Assembly: GCA_964057225.1 (NCBI GenBank) | Contig: OZ059900.1 | Location: 17,918,001-17,982,000 of the forward strand | Reading direction: 5' to 3' | DNA from: Auanema rhodensis | Taxonomy: Eukaryota; Animalia; Nematoda | Length of the DNA: 64,000 nucleotides | Shown: positions 53,101 through 64,000 of the stretch, piece by piece | How the letters are laid out: every line of letters starts with the position of its first letter | How positions within the stretch are numbered: the first letter of the stretch is position 1 | Position numbers and translations under genes: made by a program | The notes under the pieces: model-generated | What the model was told of the DNA's origin: nothing | The model's database searches: none | The model's input: the letters and a program-made list of their open reading frames with translations, nothing else

Positions 53101-56100
53101 GACTCATATGAACAAAAATCGATTTAATCAATATTAGCCATAAGGGGCGTGCCCTCAGAATATGCTAATTTCATTAATTTTCTAACCCCTGTTTTTTTGT
53201 CGTGAAAGTGGAACTAGACGTTGTAGGAACAATTTTGAGCTAGGTTTCATTGACATTGCATGAGTTTGAACACATGAAAGCGTAAGTCAAAACCTTGTTT
53301 ACAGCGAAATTTCCAAAAACTGGTTTTCCAGCATAATAAAATATTTCTCATGGGAAATACTGTGTTTTTGTATTTTTCTAGTGTTCAGCATGTAAAATGC
53401 TTCATTTTAGTATGTAACACGCTGAAATTCGTTGCATTTGACGACTCATATGAACAAAAATCGATTTAATCAATATTAGCCATAAGGGGCGTGCCCTCAG
53501 AATATGCTAATTTCCTTAATTTTCTAACCCCTGTTTTTTTGTCGTGAAAGTGGAAACAGACGTTGTAGGAACAATTTTGAGCTAGGTTTCATTGACATTG
53601 CATGAGTTTGAACACATGAAATCGTAAGTCAAAACCTTGTTTACAGCGAAATTTCCAAAAACTGGTTTTCCAGCATAATAAAATATTTCTCATGAGAAAT
53701 ACTGTGTTTTTGTATTTTTCTAGTGTTCAGCATGTAAAATGCTTCATTTTAGTATGTAACACGATGAAATTCGTTGCATTTGACGACTCATATGAACAAA
53801 AATCGATTTAATCAATATTAGCCATAAGGGGCGTGCCCTCAGAATATGCTAATTTCATTAATTTTCTAACCCCTGTTTTTTTGTCGTGAAAGTGGAACTA
53901 GACGTTGTAGGAACAATTTTGAGCTAGGTTTCATTGACATTGCATGAGTTTGAACACATGAAATCGTAAGTCAAAACCTTGTTTACAGCGAAATTTCCAA
54001 AAACTGGTTTTCCAGCATAATAAAATATTTCTCATGGGAAATACTGTGTTTTTGTATCTTTCTAGTGTTCAGCATGTAAAATGCTTCATTTTAGTATGTA
54101 ACACGCTGAAATTCGTTGCATTTGACGACTCATATGAACAAAAATCGATTTAATCAATATTAGCCATAAGGGGCGTGCCCTTAGAATATGCTAATTTCCT
54201 TAATTTTCTAACCCCGGTTTTTTTGTCGTGAAAGTGGAATTAGACGTTGTAGGAACAATTTTGAGCTAGGTTTCATTGACATTGCATGAGTTTGAACACA
54301 TGAAATCGTAAGTCAAAACCTTGTTTACAGCGAAATTTCCAAAAACTGGTTTTCCAGCATAATAAAATATTTCTCATGGGAAATACTGTGTTTTTGTATT
54401 TTTCTAGTGTTCAGCATGTAAAATGCTTCATTTTAGTATGTAACACGCTGAAATTCGTTGCATTTGACTACTCATATGAACAAAAATCGATTTAATCAAT
54501 ATTAGCCATAAGGGGCGTGCCCTCAGAATATGCTAATTTCCTTAATTTTCTAACCCCTGTTTTTTTGTCGTGAAAGTGGAACTAGACGTTGTACAAACAA
54601 TTTTGAGCTAGGTTTCATTGACATTGCATGAGTTTGAACACATGAAATCGTAAGTCAAAACCTTGTTTACAGCGAAATTTCCAAAAACTGGTTTTCCAGC
54701 ATAATAAAATATTTCTCATGAGAAATACTGTGTTTTTGTATTTTTCTAGTGTTCAGCATGTAAAATGCTTCATTTTAGTATGTAACACGATGAAATTCGT
54801 TGCATTTGACGACTCATATGAACAAAAATCGATTTAATCAATATTAGCCATAAGGGGCGTGCCCTCAGAATATGCTAATTTCATTAATTTTCTAACCCCT
54901 GTTTTTTTGTCGTGAAAGTGGAACTAGACGTTGTAGGAACAATTTTGAGCTAGGTTTCATTGACATTGCATGAGTTTGAACACATGAAATCGTAAGTCAA
55001 AACCTTGTTTACAGCGAAATTTCCAAAAACTGGTTTTCCAGCATAATAAAATATTTCTCATGGGAAATACTGTGTTTTTGTATTTTTCTAGTGTTCAGCA
55101 TGTAAAATGCTTCATTTTAGTATGTAACACGCTGAAATTCGTTGCATTTGACGACTCATATGAACAAAAATCGATTTAATCAATATTAGCCATAAGGGGC
55201 GTGCCCTCAGAATATGCTAATTTCCTTAATTTTCTAACCCCTGTTTTTTTGTCGTGAAAGTGGAACTAGACGTTGTACAAACAATTTTGAGCTAGGTTTC
55301 ATTGACATTGCATGAGTTTGAACACATGAAATCGTAAGTCAAAACCTTGTTTACAGCGAAATTTCCAAAAACTGGTTTTCCAGCATAATAAAATATTTCT
55401 CATGAGAAATACTGTGTTTTTGTATTTTTCTAGTGTTCAGCATGTAAAATGCTTAATTTTAGTATGTAACACGCTGAAATTCGTTGCATTTGACGACTCA
55501 TATGAACAAAAATCGATTTAATCAATATTAGCCATAAGGGGCGTGCCCTCAGAATATGCTAATTTCCTTAATTTTCTAACCCCTGTTTTTTTGTCGTGAA
55601 AGTGGAACTAGACGTTGTAGGAACAATTTTGAGCTAGGTTTCATTGACATTGCATGAGTTTGAACACATGAAATCATAAGTCAAAACCTTGTTTACAGCG
55701 AAATTTCCAAAAACTGGTTTTCCAGCATAATAAAATATTTCTCATGGGAAATACTGTGTTTTTGTATTTTTCTAGTGTTCAGCATGTGAAATGCTTCATT
55801 TTAGTATGTAACACGCTGAAATTCGTTGCATTTGACGACTCATATGAACAAAAATCGATTTAATCAATATTAGCCATAAGGGGCGTGCCCTCAGAATATG
55901 CTAATTTCCTTAATTTTCTAACCCCTGTTTTTTTGTCGTGAAAGTGGAAACAGACGTTGTATGAACAATTTTGAGCTAGGTTTCATTGACATTGCATGAG
56001 TTTGAACACATGAAATCGTAAGTCAAAACCTTGTTTACAGCGAAATTTCCAAAAACTGGTTTTCCAGCATAATAAAATATTTCTCATGAGAAATACTGTG

Positions 56101-59100
56101 TTTTTGTATTTTTTTAGTGTTCAGCATGTAAAATGCTTCATTTTAGTATGTAACACGATGAAATTCGTTGCATTTGACGACTCATATGAACAAAAATCGA
56201 TTTAATCAATATTAGCCATAAGGGGCGTGCCCTCAGAATATGCTAATTTCATTAATTTTCTAACCCCTGTTTTTTTGTCGTGAAAGTGGAACTAGACGTT
56301 GTAGGAACAATTTTGAGCTAGGTTTCATTGACATTGCATGAGTTTGAACACATGAAATCGTAAGTCAAAACCTTGTTTACAGCGAAATTTCCAAAAACTG
56401 GTTTTCCAGCATAATAAAATATTTCTCATGGGAAATACTGTGTTTTTGTATTTTTCTAGTGTTCAGCATGTAAAATGCTTCATTTTAGTATGTAACACGC
56501 TGAAATTCGTTGCATTTGACGACTCATATGAACAAAAATCGATTTAATCAATATTAGCCATAAGGGGCGTGCCCTCAGAATATGCTAATTTCCTTAATTT
56601 TCTAACCCCTGTTTTTTTGTCGTGAAAGTGGAACTAGACGTTGTAGGAACAATTTTGAGCTAGGTTTCATTGACATTGCATGAGTTTGAACACATGAAAT
56701 CGTAAGTCAAAACCTTGTTTACAGCGAAATTTCCAAAAACTGGTTTTCCAGCATAATAAAATATTTCTCATGGGAAATACTGTGTTTTTGTATTTTTCTA
56801 GTGTTCAGCATGTGAAATGCTTCATTTTAGTATGTAACACGCTGAAATTCGTTGCATTTGACGACTCATATGAACAAAAATCGATTTAATCAATATTAGC
56901 CATAAGGGGCGTGCCCTCAGAATATGCTAATTTCCTTAATTTTCTAACCCCGGTTTTTTTGTCGTGAAAGTGGAATTAGACGTTGTAGGAACAATTTTGA
57001 GCTAGGTTTCATTGACATTGCATGAGTTTGAACACATGAAATCGTAAGTCAAAACCTTGTTTACAGCGAAATTTCCAAAAACTGGTTTTCCAGCATAATA
57101 AAATATTTCTCATGGGAAATACTGTGTTTTTGTATTTTTCTAGTGTTCAGCATGTAAAATGCTTCATTTTAGTATGTAACACGCTGAAATTCGTTGCATT
57201 TGACTACTCATATGAACAAAAATCGATTTAATCAATATTAGCCATAAGGGGCGTGCCCTCAGAATATGCTAATTTCCTTAATTTTCTAACCCCTGTTTTT
57301 TTGTCGTGAAAGTGGAACTAGACGTTGTAGGAACAATTTTGAGCTAGGTTTCATTGACATTGCATGAGTTTGAACACATGAAATCGTAAGTCAAAACCTT
57401 GTTTACAGCGAAATTTCCAAAAACTGGTTTTCCAGCATAATAAAATATTTCTCATGGGAAATACTGTGTTTTTGTATTTTTCTAGTGTTCAGCATGTGAA
57501 ATGCTTCATTTTAGTATGTAACACGCTGAAATTCGTTGCATTTGACGACTCATATGAACAAAAATCGATTTAATCAATATTAGCCATAAGGGGCGTGCCC
57601 TCAGAATATGCTAATTTCTTTAATTTTCTAACCCCGGTTTTTTTGTCGTGAAAGTGGAATTAGACGTTGTAGGAACAATTTTGAGCTAGGTTTCATTGAC
57701 ATTGCATGAGTTTGAACACATGAAATCGTAAGTCAAAACCTTGTTTACAGCGAAATTTCCAAAAACTGGTTTTCCAGCATAATAAAATATTTCTCATGGG
57801 AAATACTGTGTTTTTGTATTTTTCTAGTGTTCAGCATGTAAAATGCTTCATTTTAGTATGTAACACGCTGAAATTCGTTGCATTTGACTACTCATATGAA
57901 CAAAAATCGATTTAATCAATATTAGCCATAAGGGGCGTGCCCTCAGAATATGCTAATTTCCTTAATTTTCTAACCCCTGTTTTTTTGTCGTGAAAGTGGA
58001 ACTAGACGTTGTACAAACAATTTTGAGCTAGGTTTCATTGACATTGCATGAGTTTGAACACATGAAATCGTAAGTCAAAACCTTGTTTACAGCGAAATTT
58101 CCAAAAACTGGTTTTCCAGCATAATAAAATATTTCTCATGGGAAATACTGTGTTTTTGTATTTTTCTAGTGTTCAGCATGTGAAATGCTTCATTTTAGTA
58201 TGTAACACGCTGAAATTCGTTGCATTTGACGACTCATATGAACAAAAATCGATTTAATCAATATTAGCCATAAGGGGCGTGCCCTCAGAATATGCTAATT
58301 TCCTTAATTTTCTAACCCCGGTTTTTTTGTCGTGAAAGTGGAATTAGACGTTGTAGGAACAATTTTGAGCTAGGTTTCATTGACATTGCATGAGTTTGAA
58401 CACATGAAATCGTAAGTCAAAACCTTGTTTACAGCGAAATTTCCAAAAACTGGTTTTCCAGCATAATAAAATATTTCTCATGGGAAATACTGTGTTTTTG
58501 TATTTTTCTAGTGTTCAGCATGTAAAATGCTTCATTTTAGTATGTAACACGCTGAAATTCGTTGCATTTGACTACTCATATGAACAAAAATCGATTTAAT
58601 CAATATTAGCCATAAGGGGCGTGCCCTCAGAATATGCTAATTTCCTTAATTTTCTAACCCCTGTTTTTTTGTCGTGAAAGTGGAACTAGACGTTGTACAA
58701 ACAATTTTGAGCTAGGTTTCATTGACATTGCATGACTTTGAACACATGAAATCGTAAGTCAAAACCTTGTTTACAGCGAAATTTCCAAAAACTGGTTTTC
58801 CAGCATAATAAAATATTTCTCATGGGAAATACTGTGTTTTTGTATTTTTCTAGTGTTCAGCATGTAAAATGCTTCATTTTAGTATGTAACACGCTGAAAT
58901 TCGTTGCATTTGACGACTCATATGAACAAAAATCGATTTAATCAATATTAGCCATAAGGGGCGTGCCCTCAGAATATGCTAATTTCCTTAATTTTCTAAC
59001 CCCGGTTTTTTTGTCGTGAAAGTGGAACTAGACGTTGTAGGAACAATTTTGAGCTAGGTTTCATTGACATTGCATGAGTTTGAACACATGAAATCGTAAG

Positions 59101-62100
59101 TCAAAACCTTGTTTACAGCGAAATTTCCAAAAACTGGTTTTCCAGCATAATAAAATATTTCTCATGGGAAATACTGTGTTTTTGTATTTTTCTAGTGTTC
59201 AGCATGTAAAATGCTTCATTTTAGTATGTAACACGCTGAAATTCGTTGCATTTGACTACTCATATGAACAAAAATCGATTTAATCAATATTAGCCATAAG
59301 GGGCGTGCCCTCAGAATATGCTAATTTCCTTAATTTTCTAACCCCGGTTTTTTTGTCGTGAAAGTGGAACTAGACGTTGTAGGAACAATTTTGAGCTAGG
59401 TTTCATTGACATTGCATGAGTTTGAACACATGAAATCGTAAGTCAAAACCTTGTTTACAGCGAAATTTCCAAAAACTGGTTTTCCAGCATAATAAAATAT
59501 TTCTCATGGGAAATACTGTGTTTTTGTATTTTTCTAGTGTTCAGCATGTGAAATGTTTCATTTTAGTATGTAACACGCTGAAATTCGTTGCATTTGACGA
59601 CTCATATGAACAAAAATCGATTTAATCAATATTAGCCATAAGGGGCGTGCCCTCAGAATATGCTAATTTCCTTAATTTTCTAACCCCTGTTTTTTTGTCG
59701 TGAAAGTGGAACTAGACGTTGTAGGAACAATTTTGAGCTAGGTTTCATTGACATTGCATGAGTTTGAACACATGAAATCGTAAGTCAAAACCTTGTTTAC
59801 AGCGAAATTTCCAAAAACTGGTTTTCCAGCATAATAAAATATTTCTCATGGGAAATACTGTGTTTTTGTATTTTTCTAGTGTTCAGCATGTGAAATGCTT
59901 CATTTTAGTATGTAACACGCTGAAATTCGTTGCATTTGACGACTCATATGAACAAAAATCGATTTAATCAATATTAGCCATAAGGGGCGTGCCCTCAGAA
60001 TATGCTAATTTCCTTAATTTTCTAACCCCTGTTTTTTTGTCGTGAAAGTGGAATTAGACGTTGTAGGAACAATTTTGAGCTAGGTTTCATTGACATTGCA
60101 TGAGTTTGAACACATGAAATCGTAAGTCAAAACCTTGTTTACAGCGAAATTTCCAAAAACTGGTTTTCCAGCATAATAAAATATTTCTCATGGGAAATAC
60201 TGTGTTTTTGTATTTTTCTAGTGTTCAGCATGTAAAATGTTTCATTTTAGTATGTAACACGCTGAAATTCGTTGCATTTGACGACTCATATGAACAAAAA
60301 TCGATTTAATCAATATTAGCCATAAGGGGCGTGCCCTCAGAATATGCTAATTTCCTTAATTTTCTAACCCCTGTTTTTTTGTCGTGAAAGTGGAACTAGA
60401 CGTTGTAGGAACAATTTTGAGCTAGGTTTCATTGACATTGCATGAGTTTGAACACATGAAATCGTAAGTCAAAACCTTGTTTACAGCGAAATTTCCAAAA
60501 ACTGGTTTTCCAGCATAATAAAATATTTCTCATGGGAAATACTGTGTTTTTGTATTTTTCTAGTGTTCAGCATGTAAAATGCTTCATTTTAGTATGTAAC
60601 ACGCTGAAATTCGTTGCATTTGACGACTCATATGAACAAAAATCGATTTAATCAATATTAGCCATAAGGGGCGTGCCCTCAGAATATGCTAATTTCCTTA
60701 ATTTTCTAACCCCTGTTTTTTTGTCGTGAAAGTGGAATTAGACGTTGTAGGAACAATTTTGAGCTAGGTTTCATTGACATTGCATGAGTTTGAACGCATG
60801 AAATCGTAAGTCAAAACCTTGTTTACAGCGAAATTTCCAAAAACTGGTTTTCCAGCATAATAAAATATTTCTCATGGGAAATACTGTGTTTTTGTATTTT
60901 TATAGTGTTCAGCATGTAAAATGCTTCATTTTAGTATGTAACACGCTGAAATTCGTTGCATTTGACGACTCATATGAACAAAAATCGATTTAATCAATAT
61001 TAGCCATAAGGGGCGTGCCCTCAGAATATGCTAATTTCCTTAATTTTCTAACCCCGGTTTTTTTGTCGTGAAAGTGGAATTAGACGTTGTAGGAACAATT
61101 TTGAGCTAGGTTTCATTGACATTGCATGAGTTTGAACACATGAAATCGTAAGTCAAAACCTTGTTTACAGCGAAATTTCCAAAAACTGGTTTTCCAGCAT
61201 AATAAAATATTTCTCATGGGAAATACTGTGTTTTTGTTTTTTTCTAGTGTTCAGCATGTAAAATGCTTCATTTTAGTATGTAACACGCTGAAATTCGTTG
61301 CATTTGACTACTCATATGAACAAAAATCGATTTAATCAATATTAGCCATAAGGGGCGTGCCCTCAGAATATGCTAATTTCCTTAATTTTCTAACCCCTGT
61401 TTTTTTGTCGTGAAAGTGGAACTAGACGTTGTAGGAACAATTTTGAGCTAGGTTTCATTGACATTGCATGAGTTTGAACACATGAAATCGTAAGTCAAAA
61501 CCTTGTTTACAGCGAAATTTCCAAAAACTGGTTTTCCAGCATAATAAAATATTTCTCATGGGAAATACTGTGTTTTTGTATTTTTCTAGTGTTCAGCATG
61601 TAAAATGCTTCATTTTAGTATGTAACACGATGAAATTCGTTGCATTTGACTACTCATATGAACAAAAATCGATTTAATCAATATTAGCCATAAGGGGCGT
61701 GCCCTCAGAATATGCTAATTTCCTTAATTTTCTAACCCCTGTTTTTTTGTCGTGAAAGTGGAACTAGACGTTGTACAAACAATTTTGAGCTAGGTTTCAT
61801 TGACATTGCATGACTTTGAACACATGAAATCGTAAGTCAAAACCTTGTTTACAGCGAAATTTCCAAAAACTGGTTTTCCAGCATAATAAAATATTTCTCA
61901 TGAGAAATACTGTGTTTTTGTTTTTTTCTAGTGTTCAGCATGTAAAATGCTTCATTTTAGTATGTAACACGCTGAAATTCGTTGCATTTGACGACTCATA
62001 TGAACAAAAATCGATTTAATCAATATTAGCCATAAGGGGCGTGCCCTCAGAATATGCTAATTTCCTTAATTTTCTAACCCCGGTTTTTTTGTCGTGAAAG

Positions 62101-64000
62101 TGGAACTAGACGTTGTAGGAACAATTTTGAGCTAGGTTTCATTGACATTGCATGAGTTTGAACACATGAAATCGTAAGTCAAAACCTTGTTTACAGCGAA
62201 ATTTCCAAAAACTGGTTTTCCAGCATAATAAAATATTTCTCAAGGGAAATACTGTGTTTTTGTATTTTTCTAGTGTTCAGCATGTGAAATGCTTCATTTT
62301 AGTATGTAACACGCTGAAATTCGTTGCATTTGACTACTCATATGAACAAAAATCGATTTAATCAATATTAGCCATAAGGGGCGTGCCCTCAGAATATGCT
62401 AATTTCCTTAATTTTCTAACCCCTGTTTTTTTGTCGTGAAAGTGGAACTAGACGTTGTAGGAACAATTTTGAGCTAGGTTTCATTGACATTGCATGAGTT
62501 TGAACACATGAAATCGTAAGTCAAAACCTTGTTTACAGCGAAATTTCCAAAAACTGGTTTTCCAGCATAATAAAATATTTCTCATGGGAAATACTGTGTT
62601 TTTGTATTTTTCTAGTGTTCAGCATGTGAAATGCTTCATTTTAGTATGTAACACGCTGAAATTCGTTGCATTTGACGACTCATATGAACAAAAATCGATT
62701 TAATCAATATTAGCCATAAGGGGCGTGCCCTCAGAATATGCTAATTTCCTTAATTTTCTAACCCCGGTTTTTTTGTCGTGAAAGTGGAATTAGACGTTGT
62801 AGGAACAATTTTGAGCTAGGTTTCATTGACATTGCATGAGTTTGAACACATGAAATCGTAAGTCAAAACCTTGTTTACAGCGAAATTTCCAAAAACTGGT
62901 TTTCCAGCATAATAAAATATTTCTCATGGGAAATACTGTGTTTTTGCATTTTTCTAGTGTTCAGCATGTAAAATGTTTCATTTAAGTATGTAACACGCTG
63001 AAATTCGTTGCATTTGACGACTCATATGAACAAAAATCGATTTAATCAATATTAGCCATAAGGGGCGTGCCCTCAGAATATGCTAATTTCCTTAATTTTC
63101 TAACCCCTGTTTTTTTGTCGTGAAAGTGGAACTAGACGTTGTAGGAACAATTTTGAGCTAGGTTTCATTGACATTGCATGAGTTTGAACACATGAAATCG
63201 TAAGTCAAAACCTTGTTTACAGCGAAATTTCCAAAAACTGGTTTTCCAGCATAATAAAATATTTCTCATGGGAAATACTGTGTTTTTGTATTTTTCTAGT
63301 GTTCAGCATGTAAAATGCTTCATTTTAGTATGTAACACGCTGAAATTCGTTGCATTTGACGACTCATATGAACAAAAATCGATTTAATCAATATTAGCCA
63401 TAAGGGGCGTGCCCTCAGAATATGCTAATTTCCTTAATTTTCTAACCCCTGTTTTTTTGTCGTGAAAGTGGAATTAGACGTTGTAGGAACAATTTTGAGC
63501 TAGGTTTCATTGACATTGCATGAGTTTGAACGCATGAAATCGTAAGTCAAAACCTTGTTTACAGCGAAATTTCCAAAAACTGGTTTTCCAGCATAATAAA
63601 ATATTTCTCATGGGAAATACTGTGTTTTTGTATTTTTATAGTGTTCAGCATGTAAAATGCTTCATTTTAGTATGTAACACGCTGAAATTCGTTGCATTTG
63701 ACGACTCATATGAACAAAAATCGATTTAATCAATATTAGCCATAAGGGGCGTGCCCTCAGAATATGCTAATTTCCTTAATTTTCTAACCCCGGTTTTTTT
63801 GTCGTGAAAGTGGAATTAGACGTTGTAGGAACAATTTTGAGCTAGGTTTCATTGACATTGCATGAGTTTGAACACATGAAATCGTAAGTCAAAACCTTGT
63901 TTACAGCGAAATTTCCAAAAACTGGTTTTCCAGCATAATAAAATATTTCTCATGGGAAATACTGTGTTTTTGTATTTTTCTAGTGTTCAGCATGTAAAAT
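50121..64000 (+). repeat. Variant domain 3 of the array
   Basis: Markers GGAACCAG+CGTATG, GTACAAAC, CATGAGAA, ACACGATG, TTTCATTAA, AACCCCGG and GGAAACAG are confined to this region. Confidence 0.85.
60381..60722 (+). repeat. Representative consensus-type 342-bp monomer
   Basis: Carries the majority allele at the variable sites I tracked (GGAACTA, GTAGG, GAGCTA, CGAAATT, TTTCTA, GTAAAATGC, ACACGCTG, ATAAGGGG, T7 tract). Confidence 0.9.

Larger units (their letters stand above)
1..64000 (+). repeat. Tandem satellite DNA array, ~342-bp monomer, ~187 complete head-to-tail copies, running off both window edges
   Basis: The anchor GTCGTGAAAGTGGAA recurs at 4, 344, 686, 1028, 1370 ... 63459, 63801 with 340-343-bp spacing (281 bp twice). 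No non-repeat sequence or reverse-orientation copy was seen. Consensus is 116/342 G+C. Confidence 0.99.

Noticed and set aside
1-64000. CRISPR array or repeat-spacer system
   Set aside because: There are no unique spacers: the entire 342-bp unit repeats, and no cas or other genes are present.
1-64000. Embedded transposon, inversion or unique island
   Set aside because: The monomer register is continuous from end to end; the only length change above about 2 bp is the 61-bp deletion.

Overview
The whole 64-kb window is one uninterrupted, head-to-tail, single-orientation satellite DNA array. The monomer is about 342 bp and about 34% GC by hand count of the consensus. There are about 187 complete copies plus partial copies at the window edges, and they usually differ from consensus by only a few substitutions. 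I found no genes, RNA genes, transposon insertions, inversions or CRISPR spacers. The three identical 61-aa ORFs come from a single A>T variant in three monomers. I do not recognise the satellite family or the organism; it looks like eukaryotic centromeric or pericentromeric heterochromatin (inference). The real structure is in the variants. Diagnostic SNP haplotypes divide the array into three domains (about 1-34.7 kb, 34.7-50.1 kb and 50.1-64 kb), each with its own local higher-order repeats: a 13-mer, a 4-mer nested in a 17-mer offset duplication, and a dimer plus 8/9-mer offsets. Other features are two copies of a 61-bp deletion monomer, chimeric junction monomers, a divergent boundary island, traces of ancestral ~171-bp and ~57-bp subunits, and an 18-bp near-palindrome that becomes perfect in one domain. 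I see no evidence for a novel protein-coding system. All comparisons were made by eye and need computational confirmation.
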